DNA of 64,000 nt from Raillietiella orientalis (taxonomy: Eukaryota): assembly GCA_036172245.1 (NCBI GenBank), contig JAYWIR010000011.1, positions 3,534,001 to 3,598,000 of the forward strand, read 5' to 3'. The notes under the pieces are model-generated. The model saw only the letters and a program-made list of their open reading frames with translations. It was not told the origin of the DNA and did not search any database. A program made the position numbers and the translations under genes. Below, in pieces: positions 49,231 through 63,118 of this stretch (its first letter is position 1; the number at the start of each line of letters is the position of its first letter).

Positions 49231-50099
49231 AAGCATCCCATCTGGATGAGAAGGACGGTCAAAAAGTGCCAAAGATGCTGACAACACGTGGTACTCCCAA
49301 GGCACCGACCTATCTTACCTCTCGAAGCCTCTTACCCCGCTCCACGAAAGAGCTTGCATTTTCGGAGTCACACAACTCTTTTTTTTTTTTTCCTTCTGAG
49401 ATTGCAACACTGCAAGCACTCGTTGCTACCATGGAACAACAAACTATTTACCAGAAATTCCAAAGACTGCTCCAAGTAGTAACCGCTGATTTGCTTCGAA
49501 CCGAACTGCCGTTCTGCATCTTTTGAAACCGTATGATAGCCAAGGCACTCCGTTTCCGGAAGCAAAGCAGCTATGGAAGCTACACTTTCTTATTGACGAG
49601 CCAGATTTTTTTTTTCAAGGAACGGGTTTTCTGGAGGATGGTGGCTGCTAAGAAATAATACTATGAAAAAGTACTAGAAAATCGAATGCAAGTTATGTTG
49701 GAATGTTGGATTTGAAGCTGTAAACGTAGTTAGTTCACCCTCCTAAGTAGTGTATCAGTGGTTCGGTGGTCTCCTCTAGGTCTACCGTGGAATGTGCCCT
49801 TGGGTTCACACTAAATCACGTATGCCAGCCTTGCTCTCCACAGGAACCACAGCAAACAGCTGCTGCTAGACCTCTTCTCATGAATGCCTTTGCACATGGA
49901 TTTAATGTCCATGGAGCTTCAACTCAAATGTATGCAAGAATAAGGAAGATGCTGAGTACTGGCGAATGTTCTAATAAGCAGCCTTCCTTGAAATTTTCTG
50001 CACTCGTAAAGTGGTTTTCTAAGTTTTCTCATCAAAAGTTCAGAGTTTCTCTCGATTAAAAGGAAGAGTTCGGTCCTCCAAAGAGGAAAAAATCGTCTT

Positions 50100-50400
50100 A
50101 GTTGGTTTCGTATGATACCAGAAGCAGTGGACCTCTGTAATCTGGTGTTGTTTGGCATCTGGAAGTCTCGTGATTGATCAAGAAACGTCATTCATCATCC
50201 GCTACAACTTGTGAACTCGATCTGAAAAAGATTTTTGTGCCCCTTTTGGCTGATGGAAAGGAGCTGGAATGACTATCAGGTTGATGTAGCACGTGATTTC
50301 ACTAAGAAGAGCAATGAATGAAGATATAGACGACCTCTCATTTCAAAATTCAGCTTGGCTTTAAATATTTTGGGGATTTAGAAATATCTAGTAACATTTG
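50100..50400 (+). mobile_element. Possible EnSpm/CACTA-like transposase remnant
   Basis: DLKKIFVPLLADGKELE followed by IDDLSFQ resemble the IL.PL..DL..LE and D(N)L motifs of animal EnSpm-like transposases. Weak. Confidence 0.3.
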
Positions 50401-53400
50401 CAAGCTCCATTCCATTATGCGGGAAGAGTTTTTGATTTTGAGCTAATTCAAAAGATGGTTGATGGAACTGAAGAAATAAACGAAGGTCATCCAAGTACCT
50501 TCATTGGGAACGAGAGATAAGTCCGAAATCGAGGCAAAATGGTACGTCTTTGGCCATCACACGTGATGAAGTTGAATCTATTGAAGGCAGATGAGCTTCA
50601 GACGGATCTATTAGAGAACAGAAATAGATGAATCTTTTGAAAACTAGGGTTCTAAGTGGATCAGTTAGGTGACAACTGCTTATGCAATGTCACGTGAGAT
50701 GCGAGACAGTTTTCTCTTCTTTATTTGCCCCCAGCTATTAGTGAGTTTTTTCAACTGCTCTACCGCACAGTACACTACCTCTTCTCGGATAATTCGCTAT
50801 GTGATCGCGCCCTACTACTGTTGCCGAGTTTTCCTCTCCTTAGCGACGCACTGCTACGATTCCACAGAATGACACTGAAATTACCACCGATCCCTAGGGG
50901 AACAAGCTCCAAGTGCATTTGAGCAAATGCGCATAGCTTGTGTAAGACTTTCTCTGAACTTCCATCGCTACTTGAGAACTTTCCGCAGGATTCTTACCCG
51001 CGACCTTGAAGTGTGAGCGTTCTGTCTTCAGTTCCGTGGTTTTTTCGCACGATCCTCTTGTCCTTCCTCATGCTCGGGGAAAAGGAAAAATGCGCTGCTA
51101 CCTAAAAAGCACTTTCAGTAAATTAAGGATTCCCAAGAAAAGCCAAAATCCTATCGACGAATAATACTCTTTAAGCGGTCCTATTGTAGCAAGGTGGATA
51201 AAATACACCTTTTATCGACACAGAGGTACTGCAAACCCGCATTGAGGAATAGACAGCTTAGCAAAGTCGCACGTGAATTCCATCTGACAAAAATTCGGGA
51301 ACATGGAAGCAAAATGGAGAACCATTCGAAAGATAGGGATGTCCAATTCCAGTGGTGGACAATTCAAACTTGCACAGGAGTCTCCGTTGTGACTGGAAAA
51401 TCTCTTTTCTGATCCTAGTGACTCACGGAAACCCCAGATGAGCTTACTGATAGAAACCTTCACTTACTCAGGTAGAAAATTTGCTTTGGATTTTTTTCAT
51501 GGTTTTTTAAAACCATCATAAAAATCCAAAGTACCTGATTGTTTTCCCGATTCGAGGAATGCTCTCTGGAAGAAAGTACACTCACCTCTACCGAAACATC
51601 ACTAAGAACAAATACCACGAAGATGGAGGATTCCGCCAGAAAAATGGAAGTCGATGTCCAGTTTTGAAAGCTGGCCTCCAAACGAATGCACTGTCGAAAC
51701 GCTCCCTCCCCAAATTTTAGTTCGACACACCCAGTCAGACCGCCTACGAAAATCCACTGATTAGACTGACTGAGTCTACTCGAAGCGCGCACCTAATTTT
51801 CATCCTAAGCATCGCCTCTCGCTATTCCCGTTCCCATGGGAGAAAAATGACCTATTCCTCCAGAAAAGAAAAAGCAAAAAAGGAACTTTTTTTGTCATTA
51901 AGAAATGCGCAGTTCAAGTTTTCACTCTGCCTGACAATCGCGGAGATTTACGTGACTTTGCATTTTTCAAAGTGTTTTAGGATTCGTGCATGCACGAGGA
52001 CATTTTATGGGGTCTGAAAAAAAACAAAAAAAAAAAAACAAAATGGATCATTTATCATACACAGATACTATCATGATTTTCAGCTTGAGGATGAAACTCT
52101 TCATTTGTATCGCTGGTTATGCCATCTTGCACAAGTTTCCTGTACAAGAGCTCCGGGTCCTGCATTGCGTTTTTCGAGTGCTGTCTGCAAGAGGATTTCT
52201 GCATCCCGCGGTTGAATGCCGAAGTGCTCGAATCCAATGGTGCTTTCCAAGGGTGCAAAATCCGATTCAGAGGGGAAGGCAAAGGTCGAAATTTCGCGAG
52301 CGGAAAGCTCGCGAGGTTTCAACCGGTTTGGGGGAGCGTTTTCCCCTTTGACCACCCCTCTCGGGGCGTCTGACACGGCAGCACACAGTCTCGTGCGTTG
52401 CTTCTAGGGCTGCTTCCATCATTCTCTACGTTGTCGATAAATCTCCACTGCCACTGGACCTCAAACAGCCTAGCTGTTGTCGCTGCATCTGTTATGGTTA
52501 AATGAAACGATAGAAGTGCTAAGCGGAAAAGTTCTATTCTTCGAAATTGATTGCATAAATTGCAGGAAGCTGGTTTGTCTCCGTCATTCTCTGCTGTCCA
52601 AAATCTGATGGCTCCTGTTATGCCTTCTGAGTCTTCCAGATGTCAGACACGGCAGCTGTGCTTGAACCGATAGAGCCATTAATACAGGAAATTGCTGTGA
52701 TTTTTGAATCCTCCACACGGAGGGCAAGGCTGGAGCAATTGATAGCCCTCGCAGCCAGAGCATTTATGGAAGCATAAAGGACGCAGATTCTTGGAAAGCG
52801 GAGAATTGCAAGCATACGGGGCTTTATTTCGTGTTAATGAATAATTTGGACAAGCTGAAGAATTAGAAGGGCAAGGGACGACGGCTCCTTGCTTGACTTT
52901 TTCCCAAGCTGCACTGTTTCAACTGTAATTTCTTTCTTCCACATCGCGAAAGCGGCTTGGTCCATCAAATTGACAGCTCTCTTTCTTTATTGTTCTTCTG
53001 AAAAGATAGCTCAATATTGGAAGATTACAAAGGAACGCAATCGACTTTACTCCGATTTACAGTCCATCCGAGGTATGCTCCTAATCGGTAAATAGGAAAA
53101 ACATTTAGCACTATCTCAATGACAGCGATTCTGGATCATTCTCACAATGAAGCGAGCTTCACGAAAGGAAAGAATTCAGTGTAGGAATCATGGAGATAAT
53201 GACAGTAAAGAAGACTTCAGGAGAAATAATGAAAAATAATCATGATGGTGAAAAAGACGGTACTAAGCACACGACACGAATGAAAAAATAAATGAAAAGA
53301 TTCCACTCAAATCGTTGATCGTCTTTTATTAGCGATCAAAGCGGATCTTTATTTAAAAGAAGTTTCGTGAGCGGTGGTGGTGATGTCGGTGGACATGGTG

Positions 53401-56399
53401 AACTCCAATGGTGAACGGAGACACCGTGGGGAAAGGTGTCGAAAACCCAGCCGGGATCTCAGAGGAGGATGCACTTCATTGCGAAGTTCGGTGATGACCC
53501 CTGCTTCCCGCTTGCCTCCACAGGGGCGTTGCATTCAGAGGATCATGGAAGATTTCCCGGAAGCATGGCTCATCGGGAAAATCTGTAAGTTGCTAGGAAA
53601 CGGGGATCATACCTGGGTGTGTGTTTCTTGAAATCACGATGAGAATTCAGGGCTCGGGTGCACTAGGGAAAGCACACAAGAGTAGGCGGAGAACGAATCT
53701 GGCTATCCAGGCATCTTAGATGAATGGGCATTTCCATTTTGATGGATGCCGCATTTCTTATAAAGGCACAATTGAAGTGCTCTTGGTCAGTTTCCACCTG
53801 ACAGAGAGATCAGGAAGCTAATTTTTCGGTGCCTATTCGTTTAATGTTCCTCATTAATGGTCTCTCGTTATCACATGGGCGTTTTGGAAAGTTCTCAAAA
53901 AACAGCGTTCTCATCAAGGGAAAGAATATTTTGGCAGCTAATCTGAGCACGGAATTCTGCAAAAGCAAACATCAGGGAAGTCCTGAGAGCTGTGTACACT
54001 CGAAGGCATTTCCTCCTAACGCAAATGGAACTTTTTCCTCGTAAAGCAGAAGCACGCCGAAAGCAGACTCTCGGATATCCTTCGCCTGCCCACATTCACT
54101 GCATGATTTCTTCAGCTGCTTCTTTCGAAGTTTCGAGAACATGCAGCGGTGGAAATGCGTTCGAGAGTTGCGATTTATAGGAATCGTGCGTGGTCACGTC
54201 GGAAGATGAAGGATCATCACGTTCCCTCCCTCGGGAAAACGAAGCTTCTTGTTCCCAAAGCTGCTCTTCAACCACGGCGAAGAGCTCTTGCCACGTTTGT
54301 GGATGATCGGTGCCTATAAGTAACCCGTCGGATTGGAGGATAGGTGTGCACAAACCGTGTTTCTATCACCGTCGGCAAAAAATCTGTGCGAAGCGTGAGC
54401 GCTTGGAATGCGGATGGAACCACATGTGGTTTTCCATTTCACAGATGCTTTCCAGCCGCCCTTACCAATCCGTGGACCTTTGGATTTCACCGTGGGTAGT
54501 CCGTTAACAGATGAGTTTCGCAGTTGCGCACACTTTCGTAGGAAAGGCCACGCTGGTGGTTGTGAGTTCCAGGTGATGAAAGCTGCGATTGCACACTGTG
54601 ACATTGCGAATAGCGAAAAGAGCCACGATGCCGGGCACGATTTAGGTATCCCTAAAATGCAAGAAATTTCCGGCAGTCGAAGCTATAGACCCCTTTAACA
54701 TCCGAAGCGTTTCGGAATCCGCATGCTATCCACTTTTATAGAAATCAAATTCTATAATCATCATGAATATAAAATGAAGCTTGTGACGGATTGTGTGAAA
54801 TAGCGTTTCAACTCGTGAGCAAAGTCGAATATTTGATACCGGAAGAGTGATATGAGAAAAAAAAATTTCGTTGAACGCCCTCTGAAGCTTTTTTTTTTTT
54901 CCTGAGCTGTGATACAAATGGCCCAAAGAAAAAGGAAGAAAATGACTGAGGCATTGACTAATCATTCGACTAATCATTTCCCATCTGCTTGACGGCAGCT
55001 GGATGGAGAAACTCATGAAATCGGAACTTTGAATGCGTACCTTTTGGTGATAAGCATAGGAATAAAGGGAAAGGGATGCCGGAGAAACTCCCGAAAAGCA
55101 GAAGATCCTCGGAAGTAGCATTTAGACCGATTTTCGGCGAACCGGAAATCGCAGGCTGAGGGAAAGCAGAAGTGATCCTCTCGACATGATCCTGAGAAAA
55201 CGAAACGTCGTCTCTCACCGTCTGCCGTCTCGTCATCAGTTTTTCCTTTTGAGTGCTGCCCTGCCGATCCGGGAGATGCCAGGCGGGAAGAAAAAGGTCA
55301 GCCGCCTGAAAGCAAAGAAAGCTAAAGATTCGCTTCATGGCTCACTCCGGAGGCAGATGCCCCTACACTGAGATCTCCGCCCGTCAAATCATCATCACGA
55401 ACACCACTGAGTAGCGAAATGATCTTGTAAAAATGCGAGCTCCGATTGTAGGAGAATCATAGGCGACAACCATCCTACTTAAAAGGAAACGAATCTCTTT
55501 TTTTGGAACGATTACAGACCAAGAAAGTGCATCCTATTAAACACTGAATAGAGAACAGTGCCTTCAGGACAAAGAAGGTCTTAATGACCTACTAAGCAAA
55601 TCTGTGCATCAAAGCGTGTTCCTAACGGATGAAAAAGGTTCTGAGCCTCCGTGAAATGAAACCAGAAATCGACCAAGAGGCTACATAAAGAGATACCTAA
55701 CAAGAAATGCTAATTGAAATCTTTAGAAGGTCCAGACTGAACAGAGAATCTATCGGTATACTTTGCACGCAAGGCTTCCTATGGTTACGGATTCGATGAC
55801 TACAATTTCCATTTCCGATCTTTCCAGGAAAACATCAAAAACTAAAAATCGATGTTCCCCACCCGCTCACCCCCCCTTCCTCCCCTCATTCTTCAAGCTT
55901 TTGGACTATGACTTTGTTTCTGAAAAATAATCTAATCGTAAAGGCCTCTGAGGACTCGAGGAACAAAAAAAGTTCTTCATCGGGACCATCCCTCTCTTCT
56001 GATCTTTTAGGCATAGGCGATTCCGCTCTTTTTACGTGCTTTCTGTAATCTTTCCCTACAAAGGAAGTCCTTAAGAGTTACATAATTTGCAGACGCTCTT
56101 TTCCACTCCCTTACAAGGCGAATGAATTTCTGAAAATTACGTGCACAGTAAAATAGGGAATAATGAAGTTGAGAGTATCGTGGGAAAATGGGAGAACCTT
56201 CCCTTGCAAGCTGCAGAACTTCTTTAGGAGCCTCCACGAAAAAATTGGCTGGATATCTATTGATTTTAGAGTTGTGGGTGTCTAAGTGTGAGGCGCCTCG
56301 GAGAGCGGGCAGACAGCCATCGAGGTCGAGACGTGCTGTGCTGGGAAAAATACGAACCTAAAATGAGTGAAGGTACGGCAAAGACACGTGAAGATCGAG

Positions 56400-56910
56400 T
56401 TGAACGGAATGGCGGAACCGGGAAAGACGAGCCAAGAGCCATCCTAGAAAGCTCTTCGCCTCCTTTTGGGCTTATTTTCCTCAGCATCATCCGCAATCTG
56501 GCAGTAGAAAGGCACAGGAAGCAGAGCAGCGGATTCTTTCTGCAAAGCGCAGCACACTTTGGCTCTTTTCTATCATCTGGGAAGGATGCTGAACACTTTT
56601 CCAAGTCACTGAGGAGTCGTTTGAAAGTCCTTTCATGGAAGTTCACTTTTTTTTTTTTTTCGCTTTTTTTTGCTTGCTCCAGCTTATGGAGGAGGCGGCT
56701 TTAAAATTCGGGTCGCTCCTGCCTTGAACTGACCCAATTCGTTCGGTCAACGAGTGTCTGTTCCAGAGCAGAGGAGCACTTCGACGCTTTTGGATAAAGA
56801 ATACAAAATCCAAGCACAAAAAATTCAGGTAGCTTTTCAGGAACACAGGCTAGTCCTGGCAGTATCATTTAGAATGGTCTTTCCATCGGTAGGTCTGACT
56901 ATGGTGGTCA
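56400..56910 (-). pseudogene. Possible NACHT remnant
   Basis: IVRPTDGKTIL (~56890), LDFVFFIQKR (~56800) and LCRKNPLLCFLC (~56530), in NACHT order but with deletions. Confidence 0.3.
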
Positions 56911-59029
56911 AAAACTGCTTGTGGCTGCTCTCTTTCGCCCAACGCTTCCTTCAGCGGGCTCAGTTCTATTTCTCGTTTCCTTTGCCATCCGTCGGATGCT
57001 CTGAGATTCCTGGCATGAAGCTTTCCGGTCTCAGCACCTGATTTGGGTGGGTCTCTCATTGAAAGCACGAAAAGATCTGGAAAGCACTTGTATTGCATGA
57101 ATTCGCTCCGCGATGCAGCAGTCGCACCAGAAAAGCTCGAAACAGCGGTCTGCAAGAGGAAAAAGAGTCGGATGACTCGGCGCCATCCGTTCGTTGTGCT
57201 TCCTCGGTAGATTTCATGTATCTGAGGCGGATGCGAGGGAAGATCGTTCGCCAGAAAGTGTCTGCGGATGATGAAAACAGAGTGCCGACGGAAGGAGGGC
57301 ATTTCCATGTGGAAACCTTGGAAAAACCAGTGATGGTCGGCGAAAGCCTTCGCCTTTCTTGTTGCTTATCTTCAAGCCCTTTTTTTCCGATCCTCCTAAT
57401 ATAGGAATAGCACAATCCAATTTTACAGCCACTGACTTACAGAATTATGACAATCGGTGGATTGTGAACCATTGAAAATTGCGGCCCTTAAGCTGCATAG
57501 CTACTTTACAGTAGCATCGTAGCAATAATAAAGTGCTGGATAAGGGTTGATACGCTGAAATAAGAATGGATGGTTACATGCAGAGATAGAGGATTGTCCA
57601 GTAAGACGTGTTTCTTTGCTTCTGGATTGCACGCATAATCCCAAGAATATACACTCGAGATATGCGCAAAAATTTTCAGTAAACCCACCTGCTGGAGGAC
57701 TATACGGTGCACACGAAATACTGGGATCAGACTTGTGAATCCTCTCAGACTGAGAACCAAGAAACAAAAGCAATAAACAGCAAGCAGAAAAATACGAATA
57801 TCAGCTCCGTTATTATTGGTCCACTGTGGAGCCAAGGCACTATGCAGCATTTGAGATATATGTGCTGTCTCCTGTCCACTTAGAAGTCCTCTGGTGAATT
57901 GTTCCATGATCCCACCTGGAGCCTTCATGTTTCAGCTTTTTTTTTTTCCATCTTCACCTTATTTTATGATCGAAAGTCAGCCATGGGGAAACCGTGAAAA
58001 TTGAAATTCATGCCGATACTGCAAAGAGTGAAATCTTACGAGGATGTAGCCGTAGAAGTTGTCGCTAGCTTCATCTAGTCAGTCGCTTTGATTTCTGGAA
58101 AAGACAAAATGAGGCGAAACGAGAGAGAGAGAGGGAAGCCCATCCGATGAATATTTCAAGACGTCCCCATCTCTGTGCAGTGGCACCGAGGGTCCTGGAA
58201 TTTTTATGCGCCTCGAAATCCGCGGCATCTTCGACCCCGAAGAGAGGAAACCTGCAAGAGTTGGAACGAAAACAGCTTCCCCCCTTGAGGGTTGATACCT
58301 TTCCAGGATCGCTCTCATCATTTCTCATAGAAACCTTCTCCGGGAGCAGGAAGGAAACCTGTAAATGAAGGCGCATGATTTGCCACGGCACGCATTTCCC
58401 TGAAGGCAGCTACAAGTAGTTTATCAGTTGGTTTCGTTTTCGATGAACAAAGGAAGAGCTTTTAGAAAAAGCACGCACGAAACCACATGCTTCGTGAGCG
58501 CATCATTCGGGAATGTTCCACTCCTAATGACACGATGCTCGATTCCTGTTAATGGCCTGGAACACCACGAAAGAAACTGCCACGGGAACATTCTTCGCGA
58601 TGTTCAGGGATTCTCCCGAAGAGCGATCTGTCAGATGACGAAGGTTTGCAAGTTAAACATTCCGAGCCATCAATTGCTTAAGGACGAACAGACGGATTGC
58701 TTATATTCTCAGATTTTTTCCATCGTTTTCCCGTTACCGACGTTTTTTTTTTTTTTCCAGTGCCCTTTGTAATTCACTTCGACGGCAGATGTGGCATCAC
58801 AGCAGGCGCGCACCAATTAGTGTTGAAACTTCCAACCGAATGCAACACTTTCATCTCACTGAGATTATCAGATAACATATGAACAGATCGAAAAGTCTTA
58901 TAGCTGCGTAAGTTACAGGAGCCCTTGTGCTATTCACAAGGGATAGCAACGTGTTATGAGAATTGATAAATAATAGTTGACGACTTTAAAAAAAAAAAAT
59001 TGGTTGAAAAATCGATGCAGGCCAATGTG

Positions 59030-59560
59030 CATCGATCCTTTTGGTTCCGCATACCGTTCAGCTCATCGCTGCCTACCTACAGAACGCGTGTCCACATTTT
59101 CAAAAGTTTGCCTGAATTCTCAAGATCACGCTGACACGCCTTCATTCGGTATACAGAGGATTCCAAGGTGTACCATAAAGGGGAGCGGGGAGGGCGTCGA
59201 CCTTCCTAAGACGAGACATGGCTTTCTGTCTGGCGTTTCTTTGCTACACAAGCAGGCGGGCTTACGTGAAATGGATAACATAGCACCCCTTCCTCCTCAG
59301 GACCTGGAATCCTCAGTGCATTCCAGGTCCTCCGTCTGTTGTCTGTTGAGGAAGAGGGGGGTGAGCTTTTTTAGCATCATTGCCTGGAAAACTTGCTCTG
59401 CCAGGATGGAACTCGGAGCTACTCACCTCGCGACAAAAGGACAAAGCCATCAGCGGGAACAGCCGCAGATCGCGTTCCATCAAAGAGTACCCTATTGCGT
59501 CTCGGCCACGTGCGCGACGAAAACTCATTGGAAAACGCAATGCTAAGCGATCCCTTTGCA
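59030..59560 (+). mobile_element. Decayed CR1/L2/Jockey-type LINE RT remnant
   Basis: ORF 58977-59546 reads AYRS...STFSKV, RHGFLSGVS, LRKRGVS...IIAW, KGQS...QRVP, matching YRPISL..SKV, QHGF..GRS, L...G+...L.W and G..S....GVPQ. Confidence 0.6.
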
Positions 59561-59781
59561 GACAGTAAGTCACACTTTTCGAGCGAACTGAGGCGCAGGG
59601 AGTCGGGAAACTTTTCCGAACAGTCCCCCTAAGATCGGAGCAAGTAGGAAACGTGGAACTCGGGTTCTTCCTGTAGGTGCCCATTCCTTGATCCGGAGAA
59701 TCGAAATGGCAAAGCGAGCGCTGATTTCACGAAATTCTACTCAAATAAGAGTTGCCACTGATTTGTTCTCTCTTTTTCCAG

Positions 59782-59869
59782 GAATGTGATAAAGACAGAC
59801 AATCAAGCAGATTAACCAAGAGGAAAAGGTCGACCGCACGATCCAAATTCAGTGAAAACGATTCAGAAG
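59782..59869 (+). CDS. Internal coding exon of the ankyrin-repeat gene (ECDKDRQSSRLTKRKRSTARSKFSENDSE)
   Basis: Strong acceptor ttgttctctctttttccAG and donor GAAG|GTAACA. It starts phase 0 and ends phase 1, exactly bridging exon 40753-41854 (phase 0) to exon 61995 (phase 1). Confidence 0.8.
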
Positions 59870-61665
59870 GTAACATTGTGAAAGAATGCAACTTTGCGGT
59901 CGTGAAAAATTTCCGAGATGCCTTCATTCTGTGCCTCTTCCTCGCATCTTTCCTTTTTTCTTTTCCCCTCCCTCCCGCTTTCCTCCTTTTTCAAAATTTC
60001 GTTCCTCGGTTTGCTACTCTGCATAACCGACAAGGAAGATGATGCTTCCGTTGAAGGCACTGCAAGCCCGAGAGCTTGCACGTGATTTCCTTCTGCATTC
60101 GCACACGGATCCCACGAGGCACGTAGGTGTTTGTAGGTGCAACCAGGTTCATCAGTCTCCCGCTCTTAGGTTTCGTCAAGATCATTCAGATCCCGAATCC
60201 GTTCGAAGCACTGAGAAAGAGCACATCACCGAAACGTTCCATCGGTTTCATCTGACGAACGCATCCTTTGCAGAAATCGCACTGATTGCAGAAATTCAGC
60301 TTGTGGTGGGAACGCCGTTATCCTTTTCGCATCTGGCGGTCCAGGTCGTGGTAGACTTCCGGATTACCCGCAAGCTTTTCACATAGTGCTTGTTGCGATT
60401 TTGGTAACCAAAGCACTATTCCTGCCACTGCTGTTGCCTATTGCTGCTGTTATTATTAATAGTACACCAACGATGATGCCGACGCTGGAAGTCATCTTCA
60501 AGATTGAAATCAGTGAATAGCACAAAAACATCTGGAACTATCGGAACTGCTCCCGAAATTTATTGGTCAGCGAAAAATCGCTTGAAAGGAGTTCGGAAAA
60601 GAGCTTCTCGAAATCAAATAAAGGACGCAATGCTTCCACGGACTTTCCCCGAACTTCCTGTGGTCATGACCAATATACTCCGAAGAAAATATTTTTTTCC
60701 CTCATTGCTCTGGTAGGCTGGAAGACTTGGAAGTCCATGTTCCTGCGTTGTTTACTTTGATCTTGGATACTTCGGAAAGATCCGTGCTTTTTGACCATTT
60801 AGATCATTCCCATCTTTTCTCGCCGAACATCCACCTACTCGGAAATTTTATCGGACACGTTCTTGCCAAATTCGAAGACGGTCTACCACGTGATCCGCTG
60901 CCTGTATCTTTCCTCTGCAGATGTGTCGCAGATATCGCCTCGTCCACTAACAGTTGCAGGGCATGATTCTGGATTCTTCACGCCACCCTCCGTTGCACTC
61001 TTGCAATAGCTTGCACTTTTGCTGCAGGCTACCTTGTTGACTTCGTCCAACTGACAGTGCCTTCGTCAGCAATGAATTTTTTTTTTTCCAAAACTTCAAA
61101 GTCTGCAAGATTCAATAGAGTGAGTGAACTCTCTTCGTAAGGTACTCCTGTTGGGTTGAAGGCTTCTCAAGGGGCAAAGTACATCTTTTCTCAGTGCATG
61201 AATAGGGTTGCTGGGAGAAAACGGCGTGATTTGGAATCTTGTTTGGCATTCCTTTTTTTCCTCTTTCTTCGTGTTCTCTCCATTCAAAATTCGAGTCTCT
61301 GCTGAAGGCAAAGTGCTAAGAACGAGGCACCTGGCTGTCGCTTCTCCAGGAGGGGGGTGCAACTTGCTCTTCGTACAACGGAGAGAGCAGGTGACGAAAG
61401 GACTGATAGGACAAGTGGCTCCGATACGTCTCTGATAGGAATAAGGAATACTTTCGCTCGCTATGAATCAGTAAGATGTCGATAACCCACTATGGATGGG
61501 AAGGTGGTGCATGCACCACAGCACAGTTCTATGAACTGTATTCTGTACACCCTGCGGAGTACGAGAAGAAGGCAATTTCGTCAAGCAGAATAACATCGCT
61601 GGCAGCAGGCGAGACCAGTCGACAGTTGCAGCTCATTTCAGACACAGATTGCGTCTAAGATATTG

Positions 61666-61745
61666 ATGGGATTTTAGAAATGAAATGTTGCAATGAGATT
61701 TTAATGAGATGCCGCAGTGGAATTTCAGAAATAAAATATTGCAAC
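61666..61745. repeat. Diverged ~25-bp tandem repeat, 3 units
   Basis: tgggattttagaaatgaaatgttgcaa / tgagattttaatgagatgccgcag / tggaatttcagaaataaaatattgcaa. Confidence 0.75.
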
Positions 61746-61994
61746 AGTGTGCCGGACTAGTAGAGAGAGGAATTACCGATGGATAACACGAGAACTTATT
61801 GATACTAACGAAACCGAAAAACATCTTTTCCAGAGCTCTCTCAGGTGAATCCGGTCCTAGTGAAATGCGGGTCCATGGTAGGCAGCATCACACTTTTAAA
61901 TGCGATCATAGCACTATGATTCGCTCCCGATCTTCAGCGTTTTCCTAAAAAAAAGTAATTTTCTTGCATTTTCATTTGCTTTGGGGAACGGAAG

Positions 61995-62167
61995 ATGACC
62001 TTGGAGCAGCCTTTCAACTCCTTATCAAACTCAGCACGAACAGCGAATGTCTCCTGCCAATTCTAAGCTACCTGATGTCTCACGCAAAAACACTCATAGA
62101 AGTCGAAACCACCAGCGTCAGCAGTATCTGCAAGAAGCTCTCTGCGCTGCTGAAGTCCATGATAAGT
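61995..62167 (+). CDS. Internal coding exon (DDLGAAFQLLIKLSTNSECLLPILSYLMSHAKTLIEVETTSVSSICKKLSALLKSMIS)
   Basis: Protein-like helical sequence within ORF 61964-62329. Donor AGT|GTACGT at 62168 (phase 0). The acceptor AAG at 61992-61994 follows a pyrimidine tract and a short purine stretch, so it is less canonical. Confidence 0.8.
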
Positions 62168-63118
62168 GTACGTAGTTTCTTCCTATATGTGTCCTTGGTT
62201 GCCGTCGCAGTAACTGGGCAATCTCTGCTCAGTTGCCACGTGATGCAAAATGCTTCACGGGTGGAAACGATAACTGGTTGGCTTTCCCCAAACAGGTTTC
62301 CGAAATGCCCGTGGATCCTCCAAAGATAATGGTGTGGAGTGTGTTGATGGCTGGTTCCTTTTCGGCGGCATCAGTCAAATGGGGTGCTAAACAGGGATTT
62401 CTAAAAAAAAAAGACCTTGTTTAGCATAATGTTGTGATACTAAAGCAGTCCGCCGTATTGATGCTTCCCCCACACCCCACTCTGATCTGCATAAGATCAA
62501 TTCATGTTCTGGAAGCATCTCCTCTCCCCGCCTCTTTACGTTTCCTTTTTTCAAAATTGAAGCAAATCCCAACTAGGACTTGCACTTCAGCTGTTCAAGG
62601 ATTTTCTGTCTATTTTTTTTTTAGTTTTGCACTTGGGTAAATTTCCCAAGTACTCACTTTCGTTCCCAACCACCGCCTCCATGGGTCGCATCCTGGTGGT
62701 GAGGGTAGGTGATGAAAGTCTGTTTACCGATCTCTTCTTCCGTTTGTCCCGCGGACCGGCCATCGGACAAGAGACTCCCAAGCCTATACCCTCATGCTCC
62801 TCTATCTGGGCAAAAGACGGCATGCTCACTTTGCAAAAGGCCGTCGCAGTTCTGCATGCAGCGGAAGATCTTTGCTCCCTCGCTGCTCAGGGGTGCCAGT
62901 TATTTGAGCGTGGGAGAGAGGAAAGAAAGCTGAAAAAGACCAAAAAAAAAAAAATGTGAGGAGTAGGGGATGCTTCTCGCCAAAGGACGCGATTGAACAA
63001 GCGCACTTTTCACGTCACTAAAAACAAAAAAAAAACAAACCCGGGGCAGTGACTGCCGTGACGCGCTCGTATCTGCTCGTCGACCCGTGCTGGGCTAACT
63101 CTCGGGTGTGTCATTCAG

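Noticed and set aside
49760..49820. PIF/Harbinger transposase (SSRSTVECALG)
   Set aside because: A single short motif with no supporting upstream motifs.
57500..57930. pogo/Tc1 (VLLDNP, minus) or hAT (VHCGAKAL, plus) transposase remnant
   Set aside because: Conflicting single-motif readings on opposite strands; cannot be assigned by eye.
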